From: Lama glama
Lineage: Eukaryota
Reading direction: 5' to 3'
NCBI GenBank assembly: GCA_028534125.1
Contig: CM052816.1
Coordinates: forward strand, 78,990,001 to 79,054,000
Length of the DNA: 64,000 nucleotides
Under the pieces are notes generated by a model. That model saw only the letters and a list, made by a program, of their open reading frames with translations, searched no databases and was not told the origin of the DNA. The number at the start of each line of letters is the position of its first letter. Within the stretch, counting starts at the first letter, position 1. The position numbers and the translations under genes were made by a program. Positions 52,521 through 64,000 of this stretch are shown here, piece after piece.

Positions 52521-55500
52521 GTGAGTAACTTGGGATGTTCCTTATCAACTTTTGTGAAATACTTTAAGTAATGTAATTTACTTGATGTCTCATATCAGTG
52601 TATCTAAGGCCTCTAATACCCAAGAGGTAGCCTGGTGTTGTTATGTTGGTTGGCTCATCAGTTGGGTCCAGGAGTCCAGCTTTGACTTCTTAGATTATAG
52701 CTGCAGCCTGGATTTGGTCATTATTTAGCTTTCTGCACTGGATTTGTAATGGGAAAAAAGAAAATGAGAATGTGTTTAGGGACTATGTGTTTTTTAAAAA
52801 TGAATATTTTATATAATAGTAAAGAAATGAAAACAAAGTACAATACCAAAAATATGCTGGAGTTTTGTGTATTCGAGCCCTAACTGGCAATAACCAGGGA
52901 CATCCTGTAACTTGTTTATCCTGTGACCTTTCTCTGGAAAGTCTCTTCTGCTTCTCAGTACACACATGCACGTGCCTCCCAAACTTTTATCTGTAGCTGT
53001 CTTCTCTCTTGAGTACAAACTCATATTCTAAAATTACCTACTACATAGGATGTTAATAGCAATTCAGATTCAACACATTCAAAACTGAATTTATTGTCAT
53101 CAGTGTTTCTTCCTGCGTTCCCTGTCTTAATGGTGTCACTGTTAACCTTGACTTTGTATTCTAGAGAAAACACATTACTTTCTAAAATCTTGCTCTTATC
53201 TTTGAGTCTCCCTGTTCTCCCCTCTACACACACCAGTTTCTAAATCCTATCAGTTGTACTTCTGAAGTCCTAGCCCCCTAGTTTCTGCTATTTCTTTGGA
53301 ATAGTACCCCATCTTTTGAGTGAGTATTTGTGCTTCACCCTTTATTTATTCTTCAGGCTGTCATTCAGTCTATCACAGAGCAATATTTCCGAAATGTAGA
53401 TATGTCTCACTATTTCCCTTGTGTGCTTTAAAGCTTTCATTGACTCCTGACTATGTTCAGATTACTCAGGTTGTTACATAAGGCCCTTCAAATGTGACCT
53501 AAGCTTCCTTGCCAGCCTATTCCTGCCCGACCTCTAACCTATCTGCACGCTAGCAACACGGCCAGCTGCTTACAATTCTCAGCACAAGCCATATTCTGTC
53601 TGAGCTTTTTGTTTTTGCTCAATGCAACTTCTTCCTGCATTGAATACCTGAACGTTCTCTACTTTCCATCCACTGGCTGAAAAATCCAGTCTTCAAATGT
53701 CATTTTCTATAGGAAATCTTTACTAGGACCTAGTTCCTTTATAAGCCTACTTAATTACTCCCTTTTTATGTCCTTCCCCAGCACTCTTTCCTCATAGCAC
53801 TGTTACAGCACTTAGCACATTAGTACTTTCTGATAAGCTCATACCCAGTTAGTTTGAGCAAGTTGAGGCACAGGGATGGTGACTAGTGATTTTTTTCCTG
53901 CTTAACTTTTTGTGTGCATAGCACAGTACTTAATACATACTCACTCAAATACTTTTGAATGAATGACGCCATGTACACAAACACAGCTAAAGCAGTGCTT
54001 ATCAGACCTTCAGTTTGATTGTTTAAAATGGAGTTTTATTTCCTCTGCCACACACTGTGTAGTTGAATCCTGTGTTGATGTTGCATTTAAATATGGCTTA
54101 GATTAGAAGTTCAGTCTTCTCTTTGTTGCTTGTTAGAGGCTCCCATGTCTGCTGTGCTGTAGTGTAGAACCAGCTCACTGTGTCTGTCTCTCTGTGTCCT
54201 GCCTCTGCCCCCTTGGTTACGCAGTCCCTTTCCCTCTCTGCTCAGCCCTGTGCAGCGTGCTTGCTTCTGACATGTTCTACTCTCCTCCCTCTCACTACTG
54301 ATAATTCTTTGATTATGATTTCATTTCTCATTTATCTTTTGATCCTTTTTCTCTTCAGAAAGTAGAGAGGAAAGAGAAGCCTAGGGTCCAGGGTGCTGAG
54401 GGAAAGCTGTATGTTCTGTATATTAATGATTTCAATTTATAGCACTACCATTTTTGAGCACTTCTTTGTCACTAGTAAGTCTCAAAAATACTCTGAAATT
54501 AGGTGATTTTACTTTTATTAACAATATAAAAAGTCTCAGAAGTTAATTGACTTGCCCAAAGACAAGTGGCTAATTAATGGTGAAGGTAGGATTTAAATTC
54601 TGAACAAACTGTAGACTCCTGAGCCACAGAAGGAGGAAAAGCATGGAGGGTCCCTTGTGGGAGGCTTATGAGACTTGATTAGAAGTGTTGCCCATGATAT
54701 CCACTCTCATGCCTTTAGCTAGAACTTTGTTATGTGTTATATGGCAAGAAGGGATGGAAAATACAGCCCAATTATGTGCCAGGTGGGGAAAATGAGTTCG
54801 GGGATTAGCTGTCTCATCTTTGCATTTCCAAAAATTCTTCCACAAGACATAGGATGTAGGGGCTGTGTTGCATAGCAGGTGTCTGAATTTTTGCATTGTC
54901 ACCTCTGTGCCCTTCCCAGTGTGAACTGTCGCTTGCAGCGTACACCAGGGGAAGCACTGTGGAGGGGGATCGTTTACGTTTCCAGCCAGTCCTGAGGCTG
55001 TTCCCAGTCCTCCTCCATACACTCCGTCCTGGCAGACGTAATTAAGGGTGAGGAGGTGTTCTTAAGTAAGAGTTTTACTAGCTGGTGAGGATATGAGACT
55101 CTCTTTGTCTTTCAAGTTGTTAGTCTTTAATAGAATTTATGTCTAATTTCAAACTGGAACTCAGAATGGTGAAGTTTGTAGATCTAAGCAGAAAAAATTG
55201 TTGTGTGCTAGCTGACATCTGCTCTGGCATATGGTTTGTCTTTGATGTAGAATGTAAACCGTTAGAGTGAATTGGCTGAGATTCAGATTACAGCCACAGG
55301 AATTAGTTTTAATTTAACCCCAATTTAGAGGACTTAGTTTCTGCTGATTTGCGGTATCCCTAATAAGTTCTAGGAATATTAGAGTAAGTCTTATGAATTG
55401 CTCTAATATTGACTAACTGTAGTAAGGAGATATTATCACTAATATCTTTTGCCCTGTATATATTTTAATTCAGTGGAACCCTAATAAACAGTTTGTTTTT

Positions 55501-57113
55501 GTGACTTTTCATTTAAAATAGAATTCCAAAACAGTATCTTTCAGTAGTGCATATATTCAGAGAAAATAGAATATGACTCATACATATTCCTTGCATTTGA
55601 CATTTTCATTCAGTGTTGAGCTCTTGCCTTGAGCCAGGTAGTGCCCTAAGTGTCTTACATCTTGTGTGACAGTAATGCTAATGAGATCGGTATTGGGAAC
55701 CTCGTGCTAAGCAGTAAGAAAGTCAGCACACTCAGAGTATTTTGCCTTATACCACATACTAAGTATGAGCAAAAGTACGGAGGCTGAATGAGCTTGCGGT
55801 GTTTGGAATGTGAAACTGGAGGGTGGATAAAGGTGGAAAAATAGGATAGGCAAGGGCCAGATTTTAGATCTGTCTCCAGTATACAGACGTGATCTGTGAA
55901 TGACCTGAATTTTTTAATGTGAAATTTTGTGTGTCTGCATTTTTCTTAAGAGAACGTCCAAATGTTTTTGGAGGGTATAGGATTAGACGGGTATACACAG
56001 TATCTCTTACTCCTCCTCCTCAAAAGTATTAAAAGCCACTGAATGAGGTTTAGAGTGATGTGACGATGCAGTGTTGTTCCTGGTGTTGGAATTATCTACT
56101 AAGGCCATGTGAGAAGAGTTATGAGACAGAAGAATTCTAAATTCCTAGAAGATTTTGTTTTTAAGCCTTTCCTTAACCATGTTTTTGGACCCCAGCACAG
56201 AGCTACTTTTAAACATTCATGTTTATGTTAACATTTTTTCTTGTGGTTAAGCAAGGCATCATACTGGTAAAAGATTTTTCATTTCAAGAACTACTTTATA
56301 ATTTAAAGAAATACACGTTTTAAAAATATGTTAAGTAGTACAAAAGGGTATACAATGAAAAGCTAGTCTCTCATTTTAATTTCTAGTACTTATCTTGAGA
56401 CACAACCACTCAATATGTGTATAATGTTTTAATATCAATAAAATAAGGAAGTTTTATTTATGTATATCATATAGTGCCTTTGGTTTTTTAACATATGGGT
56501 ATCTTTCTGTATCATTACGTATAGTTGTATTTTAGTCTTTTTAATATCTACATAATACTCTGAGTAGCTATAATATAATTTATTTAACCAGCTTACTATG
56601 GTTTTGCTATTATTTTTGCTTCCTGGTTGTTTTGCTATTATAAATAATGCTTCAGTGAATATCCTTTCTTGTCTTTGCATATTGTATGTGCAAGTGTATT
56701 TTAGAATAAACTACTAGATTGAAGAATATGCTCATTTTAAATGTTGGTATTGCAGAATTGCCCTCCAATTGTGGTTTCTGTAATTCCATAAGTGTATGAG
56801 AATACTTCTTTTCCCATACGCTGTCAATGCATTACTTACCAGTTTTTACTTCTTAAAATCTGAGAAAAATCTTGTTTTAATTTGTATTTCTTCAACTATG
56901 AGTAAGAGTGAACATTTTTTAATGTAGGCCCATGAGGTGTTTGCCCACATACTTTGCCCACTTTTTAAAACTGTGTGACATGGTTATTGTCTTTTGGTTG
57001 CTTTTTCCTCGATAATTTATAAGAATTCTTTGTACATTATGTGGATTATTCCTTTTTCATTTTAGTATGTTTTTAGAATTAAAATTTAAAGTGTATGTGG
57101 TGTTTGTTTCTAG

Positions 57114-57169
57114 GTCATTCAATATTAACAGGGTTGCAACTCAGGCTGTGGAAGATGTTCTAAATATTG
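57114..57169 (+). CDS. NADK2: NADK2 exon 9 (56 nt)
   Basis: ctag|G TCA...ATT G|gtgag; SFNINRVATQAVEDVLNI. Confidence 0.96.
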
Positions 57170-57308
57170 GTGAGTGACAAGATAGCTACTATATTTTATA
57201 ATTATAATATCCTATGTCATATATGTATTTTATTGTATGTTAGCTATATTATATGTTACAGAATATTTTATTTAATCAAGATGTTTTCCCCCTTTCCTTT
57301 TTCAATAG

Positions 57309-57362
57309 CAAAACGACAAGGAAATTTAGATCTTCCATTGAACAGAGAATTGGTAGAGAAAG
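57309..57362 (+). CDS. NADK2: NADK2 exon 10 (54 nt)
   Basis: atag|CA AAA CGA...AAA G|gtcag; (A)KRQGNLDLPLNRELVEK. Confidence 0.96.
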
Positions 57363-59731
57363 GTCAGTGACAAATGATCATAATTACTCACAATTTAAGT
57401 TAAATTTTGTGTAGATTTGGAGGATAGTATTGTGAAGTGTTCTTGTCTATTAGCAAACAGTGCTTTTTTGACTCAAACATGCTCTTAATATAATATCCTT
57501 TTAAATATATTTAAACAATAAAAAGTTTAGAGCTGGAGTCTTATATATGATTTTTGTTAACCATGGAAATACAACCTCTATGTTATATTTCATTGTGACT
57601 GCAAACATATCCTAAGGGATGTGAAAATATAGAAAAATACACATCTGGAAAATAGGAAATGTATACCTAAACTCCATTGCTGTTAACATCCTCTGAATGG
57701 GAAGGAACTCTGAGCTGTGAATGCTGATCTTCATATTCACTACTGTGTTCGCTTTAACCTTCTACTTACTCCGCCCAGTTATTTCGGGGCTCCTTTAAGA
57801 GAACTAGCACTGCTGGGGAAAGGATGCTGACCAGAGAGTTTGAAGACTTAGGTTCCAATCCCAGAACAAACTGGCCTCTCACTGTGAAATGATGGGCAAG
57901 ACTGACTCCATTCCTCCATTTCCTCAACTGTGGAATCAGAGAGTGGAAGGAGCTTGCTGGTGTATAGGAATTCTTGAAATTTATTATTTAAATTTAATTT
58001 AAAAAAATATTTAAATTCTTAAACTGAAAAACATAGTCATTTGATTTGCATCTGAAATTTTAACACACTAAAGTCTACTCATCTACCAGGATCATTTTTG
58101 AAAGTATGGACCTCAAAGCTAAATCTTGTTGTCTCTGTTTAATTGAAGAATATCCTAAGATTTTAAGGTAAATTATTTTTATTGAAGAATATCCTAAGAT
58201 TTTAAAAAATCAACATAAAATCCAAACTTGTTAATGATTGCCTCTACCTACCTTTATAAGAATTTTTCAACATACACAATCAAAACAAAATTAAGACATA
58301 AGGTAGATATTGGCACATTTAAGACTGCAACTGTCATCCATAAATATTTGCATTTGAGAGAGTTATCAGAACAGGCATGTTCTTATTGGTTGCCTTTAGA
58401 GTGATTTAGCAGTACATGATAAAGTATTTTAACAATGTCAGTTAATCTATTTATATATTTTGAATTCCCATATAAGACTTTCTTTGTTGGCGAGATGGTT
58501 TGCCTTTAAAATTGTAAACAGAGCTAAATCTCTGAGGTCCCTTTCAGCCCTCTAAAACAGACTATTTTCTTCTTCTTTCAATTTAAGACCTAAAAGATTA
58601 TTTCAGTCACTTCTTGTAAGCTAAGATTAGTGTTAAATCTGTATCAAAGAAAGGAAAATTAGGCATTTATAATAATTGATTCTTCATTATATGATTTAAC
58701 TTAAAATATAATGTATATAAACAAGTGAAATTTATATCAGGTATATAAACTAATTTAAAATCACTATATATAAAATACAGTGATTGACTTTTCCGTTAGT
58801 AAACATACCACTTTACTTTATGTGAAGGAATGTTAGTCTTCTGAAGATTTGACTGTCTTCAGAAGCAGTTGTGAATGCCAATGGGGCAGTTGCTGTTACA
58901 GACACTTCTAGAGCTACTTCCTTCAGAGCTAGCATATTGTGTGTGTGAGTGTGTGTGTGTGTTCCCAGAGAGGCAAATTTTCATTTTTGAGAATGAGTTA
59001 GATATTTTTATTTAAGAGCCAAATAATTCAAATGAAATTTGGGTATATAACGTAGATTATGTGACAATCTAGTAATGACTTTTAATGTGGTGGTCAATTA
59101 AACACTCTTTCAAGCCCAATTTCTTTGTGCAAGTTGTCTTTAACCACTTTGTACCCTGATGCCAACTCTTGTGTGCCTCTTGGTTAGAGAGAGAGCAGGT
59201 CCCTTTCTAAGATTTCTAAAAATATCTTGAGTAATGGCAGTTTCGTTAGAGAAAGCATACTGCCTGTCATTGTTTGAGACTGCATTTTATACCAAGACTA
59301 TTAATTTATAATTATATTTAGGAACCCTTTGGGATGATATTTTGGAAAGGAACTTATTAGCAAGGGAATATGGTAACTCAAGTTCCATTTTTGAGTGCCT
59401 CAAGCTAGTTTCTTTATTTTCATTTGATTACTATCTTTGTAGTTCCCCCCCTACACACAATGTAGCTATTTCTTCTATATTGTGGTTGATGTAGGCTTCT
59501 GTGGGCTAATCTTGAAACCTACTCCTTACTTATAAGGGTTTTGTTTTGTTTTTTAGTTTTTTAAATGGAATGTATTGTGAGTTCCAAGAAACTTCCTGCC
59601 AAACAGACCTTTGGAATAGAGCTGCGTTTAAGTTGGCGATAGCATCCACTTTCGTTTACCCTTCTCAGAATTGTAAAACACTCAGAAGTCTTTCACTAAA
59701 GGTGCTAATATTCTGCTTTTCTCTTTTATAG

Positions 59732-59855
59732 TAACAAATGAATATAATGAATCACTGCTTTACAGTCCAGAAGAACCAAAAATACTTTTCAGTATTCGAG
59801 AACCAATAGCAAACAGAGTTTTCTCAAGCAGTCGTCAGCGCTGTTTCACCTCAAA
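59732..59855 (+). CDS. NADK2: NADK2 exon 11 (124 nt)
   Basis: tatag|TA ACA...TCA AA|gtaag; (V)TNEYNESLLYSPEEPKILFSIREPIANRVFSSSRQRCFTSK. Confidence 0.97.
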
Positions 59856-60689
59856 GTAAGCTTCCAAAAACCGACTTGTGATTGTTTTCATCTCTTGTAA
59901 TTATAAAGCATACTTGGTTTTAAAGTAATTTCATTAAATTCACTCATTCAAAGGAAAAGGAAAAGTAGGACCTGTGGAGCTAATGAGGTATCATGCTAAC
60001 CTGGCTAAAGTGATATTTTCTTTAAAACTTATTGTGCCATTTTAGAGAAACTAAAATTTAAATGAATAGAAAGGATCTAGTTATTTAATTGGGTGATATG
60101 GGCTTTTTTATTTTTTAAAAATATATTAAGACACAACAAGATCAAATTATCATTATAAAGGAAACTGGAAAGCAACTTTTTTTAATATGCTGTGGAACAG
60201 AAGCATATAAGCCTAACTTGTATAGCAATAACCCTTTAGAGTGGAAGTCATTTCTTTCAGCTTTTCCCTAACATGAGCCCCCCTTCCCACATCTATTGAA
60301 TTTGCCTCAGATTTTCTTTTTTGAGAAGAGGATATACAAAAATGTTTATAATTTCTTATTTTGTAAGAGTTGCCCAGTTTTCCAAACTAACAGGAAAACC
60401 TGTAATTATGAAAAAATGTCATCTATCTCATAGCAAGCAAAGAGCAGTTTAATTACAAATTGCTGCTTATAGTGTCCATCTGTGTGTTTTGAAAATACAT
60501 AATTGATTTTTTCCAAGAGAGACACTAAAAAGGAAACTCATCATACTTAAAAATCGCTTTAGCATTTGAGAGTTAATTTTGGTTAATCAACAAATCTATA
60601 CTCAGTTTGGGTGAGACTGTCTATAAAGATTCATTTAAATGTTTGCTCATATAAATGGGAGAATAGCTTTATGACCTTGGCAGTTGGAA

Positions 60690-61890
60690 AGTATCTCTTA
60701 GCAGCAAGATTGATAAATTGAACTACATTAGAATTAAGTACTTTTGTTAAAGCAAGACACCATTAAGAAAATAAAAAGGCAAGCCAGAGTGAGATACTTG
60801 TAGTACTTGTATCCAGCAATGATTCATACCCAGAATATATTATAAAAATTCGTCCAAGAAATTTTTCAATAAGAAAAAGACAGGCAACCTAGTAGAAAAA
60901 TGGTCAAAAGTCTTGGACAGGCATTTTACAGAAGAGGGTATCAAAATGGCTGATAAGTATATGGAAAAAACATCCTTGAGGGGAGGATATAGCTCGGTGC
61001 TTACATTGCAGGAGGGCATGGGCCTCAGTACCTCACATTAAGTAAACAAACAAACCTAATTACCTCCACCCCCAAAAACAAACAAACAAAAATACAAAAT
61101 TAAAAAAAAAGACCCTCATATAAGGAATAAAGGAAGGCTACAGATTAGGAAAACACCCCCAAAATATTCTTGATCTTACTATTCATCTGGGAAATGCACA
61201 TTAAAACTACATAATATGGTATCAGACACACCCCCCGGAATAGCTAAAATACCAGTTGATGATAAGTGGAGCAACTAGAACTTTATAGACTACTGTTAGG
61301 AATAGTTTGGAAAATTGTTTGGCAGTTACCTACCAAAGCTGAATGTGGCATATTGACCCAGTAACTCCAAGATGTACATCCAACAGGAATGGATACACTG
61401 ACAGAAAGGTGTGCACCAAGAGACATGCTCAAGCATATTCACAGTAGCAACATTCCTAATAGGTAGAAACCCAAATGCCCATGAATAGTAGAAGAGATGA
61501 CTTAAATCCTGGTGTTCTCAAATGGTGCAAGTATTTTCATACAGCAATGAAAGTAAACACAGTACTGCTACATGTAATAACATGGGTGATTTCATAAATA
61601 TCTTAAGCAAAAGAAGCTAGACACAGGCATACCTATTGTATTCTTCTATTTATATAAAGTTGAAGAATACACAAAGCTATTACTGCTGTGGTGATTGAAG
61701 TTAGGATAGTGGATATGCTTGGGAAAGTGGGGCCGGGGTAGTGACTGGGGATTGGAGTAAGAGCATTAAGAGAGCTTCTGGGGAACTAGGTAACATTTGA
61801 TTCCTAATTTGGGGGGTGATTATGTGTGTATGTTTGATTATCGGGTTGTACCCTCATAATTTGTACCTTTTCTGTATGTTAAATATAAGT
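60690..61890 (+). mobile_element. Old L1 (ORF2 end/3' UTR) interrupted by a SINE
   Basis: caagacaccattaagaaaataaaaaggcaagcc...acaggcaacctagtagaaaaatgg...gagcaactagaact...aaacccaaatgccca. Confidence 0.8.
60978..61110 (+). mobile_element. Degenerate Vic-1-like SINE nested in L1
   Basis: ggggaggatatagctc...cagtacctc...aaacaaacctaattacctcc...A-rich tail; shares the acctaattac motif with the copy at 44.7 kb. Confidence 0.75.
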
Positions 61891-62247
61891 AAAATTTTCA
61901 CAAAAAGATAGGTTACATTCTTGCTCAATACCTAAAATAATTGTAATGGTAATAACATTCAAAAAAAGCATATGAGTTCCATCAGATCTGAACTTGTTCC
62001 CTGATAAATGTTTGGGTGAATGGAGCTATCCTGAACATTTAAATTTTGAAATTGTTTTGATAATGTATCCATGTAATCACATAGTCACTAATTGTCTCAT
62101 ACCAAAGAGCAACTTTGATTTTTTAATATCAAGGCCAAATGATCTATCTGCTAGTTTAGATAAAAATTAAGTGTTTTAAAGAAACTATAATTTAGGGGTA
62201 AGAAAACTGTTGATATTTAATGTTGAAAGATGTTTCTTTCTGCTCAG

Positions 62248-62386
62248 GGTTTGTGTCCGTTCTCGTTGTTGGGATGCCTGCATGGTTGTGGATGGAGGAA
62301 CTTCTTTTGAGTTTAATGATGGAGCAATTGCTTCAATGTTGATCAATAAAGAAGATGAGCTTCGAACTGTGCTTCTAGAACAGTGA
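62248..62386 (+). CDS. NADK2: NADK2 exon 12 coding part (139 nt including TGA)
   Basis: ctcag|G GTT...CAG TGA; VCVRSRCWDACMVVDGGTSFEFNDGAIASMLINKEDELRTVLLEQ*. The 12 exons sum to 1329 nt = 442 aa plus stop. Confidence 0.97.
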
Positions 62387-64000
62387 AGGGTTTCCTCAGA
62401 TGACAGATAACTACCGGAAAAAGTTTTACTGCAAAAACAGACTGCCGGTCACAAAGCTACATTTTTTGGTTATTGTCGAGACTGGTTGGCCTTGGGCTCA
62501 AAGGTGACCAAGAAAGTGAGATTTGCATTATTCTTCTGTTGGATTCTGATGGAAAAGATGTTCACTGTGTAAGAAAATGGATGGACTAAACTGATTAGAA
62601 TTCATACCAGTGAAATTTCTATATTGCTCATACTTGGTTTCCAAGAGTGCTGGTATCTTTTTAAATTTAGAGAGGTAGGCTCCAATAAAGGATTAATGTT
62701 CAGGATTTGAAATTTAACTGTACAAGTTTTTTTTCCCCTTACTTTCCCCCCTAACTTTGTGGAATTGGTCAGACCAAACACATATTTAATTAGTATTTTT
62801 TATAGTATCTAAAAATCAAGATTTTTAAAAAACTTTGATGATGGAGAATTTTGATAAATCCTGACATTGACCTAACTGAAGTAGGTAAATGTGTTTTTAT
62901 ATATGCTAGGAGTTTTCTAATTTCAGGACACAATGCTATTGTGATGACTATTGATTTTAAAACTTAAAGCAATCATTTTTGAAATTATTTATAGCTGTTT
63001 TCATTTAATTGACTGTCAGGTTAATTTTGACAATGCTGGGTGAAATATATCTGGACAAAATCATGACACTGTTAAGGGATGTTTTAATTATCCAACAACT
63101 ATATTAGGTCTTAGGTAATTTTTTAAAAATGGTTTGAGTCTAATAAAGTTCTTCCATATTTAAAACTCTCTAACATGGATTCAAAGATTCAAAGGCTGAA
63201 CTGATTAGACATATTCTATTAGGAGTTTGGTAAAACCTTTGAAAAAGATTTTTGTCTAGTGTTAGGAGTATTGTCAGAAAATGGATTACTTAATAAATAT
63301 GCGAAACATATTAGTTTTGGAATTGCCTTACTTAATATCATGGTAGGTTTCACCTAGCTCATATTCCAAGTTTTACATTTTAGCTTTGGAAGATAAAATG
63401 TTACGGCTTTTCTTTTTTCTCGATTATGACAGTTTCTTTACCTAATTCCTGATCTACTTATAAGTAACCCTAGAATTATCACAGAAAGCACCTCTTGCAG
63501 TATCATGAGACAGTTGGTATTCTCATTCCAATTATTCAAAGTTTTATTGGTTTTGTTTTTACTTGCTGCTAGAATTTTTCTTGAGTCATTGACATATTTA
63601 TTGAACACCCACTCTGTGCCATGTACTGTGACAGGTGCTGGATATACACTGGTAAACTAAACAGACTCTGTCTGATAGAACTTGAGTCTAGTGAGCTCAG
63701 ACATAAATTCTTTGAAAGCTAGAATGTATCATCAAATTGAGTGCTCTTAGTTCTGGCAACATTTATCATGTTTTTGTCAAATTCAACATTTTTATATAAA
63801 TGTTACTATACAAGGGTAATTTAGGTTTTGATGTATATCCAGAACAAGAATCTGTTTTCCTTTTCTTAGTTTAGAGTATCTGCATAGACACTCATAGCAA
63901 GGAGTTTACAGGATGCATACAGTAAAAATTAGTGTTTTCCCAGAGATGGATCTAGTTTCTGGTTTGATTTAAAAATGATATACTTAAGATGCCACTTGAT
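62387..64000 (+). other. NADK2: NADK2 3' UTR (end undetermined) with candidate poly(A) signals
   Basis: AT-rich sequence after the stop; AATAAA at 62684-62689, 63142-63147 and 63292-63297. The site actually used cannot be determined from sequence alone. Confidence 0.6.

Noticed and set aside
57167..57370. 67-aa ORF running through intron 9 into exon 10
   Set aside because: Starts at TTG and is out of frame with exon 9; only its end is real exon 10 sequence.
58838..58865. 10-bp inverted repeat cttctgaaga...tcttcagaag
   Set aside because: Expected by chance in 64 kb, too short for a pre-miRNA, and no other support.
62345..62350. AATAAA within the last exon
   Set aside because: It encodes Asn-Lys within the CDS, and cleavage near it would cut at or before the stop codon.
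1..64000. Prokaryotic-type systems (CRISPR arrays, operons, defence islands)
   Set aside because: The sequence is clearly mammalian with spliceosomal introns, and I saw no regularly spaced repeat-spacer array.

Overview
Mammalian genomic DNA, probably camelid judging by tRNA-Ala-derived Vic-1-like SINEs. It is AT-rich, has one CpG island and one 500-N assembly gap (7200-7699). Two spliced genes lie in tandem on the + strand. The first is the last four coding exons of RANBP3L (8766-15555, Ran-binding-domain C-terminus). The second is the complete mitochondrial NAD kinase gene NADK2 (ATG 22384, 12 coding exons, stop 62386), whose hand-spliced CDS is 1329 nt = 442 aa with all GT-AG junctions in phase. 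The rest is intronic or intergenic sequence with L1, L2, MIR, MLT1 LTR, MER DNA-transposon and SINE remnants; repeat boundaries and subfamily names are by-eye estimates. Almost all entries in the ORF track are spurious. I found no evidence of a wholly new biological system. The best second-look signal is a 66-nt in-frame cassette exon in NADK2 intron 7, followed by QKI and RBFOX motifs, that inserts 22 aa into the catalytic domain. Weaker signals are an ATGA-overlapping uORF, candidate poison exons, L1/SINE insertions with clean target-site duplications, and a collapsed, partly inverted L1.
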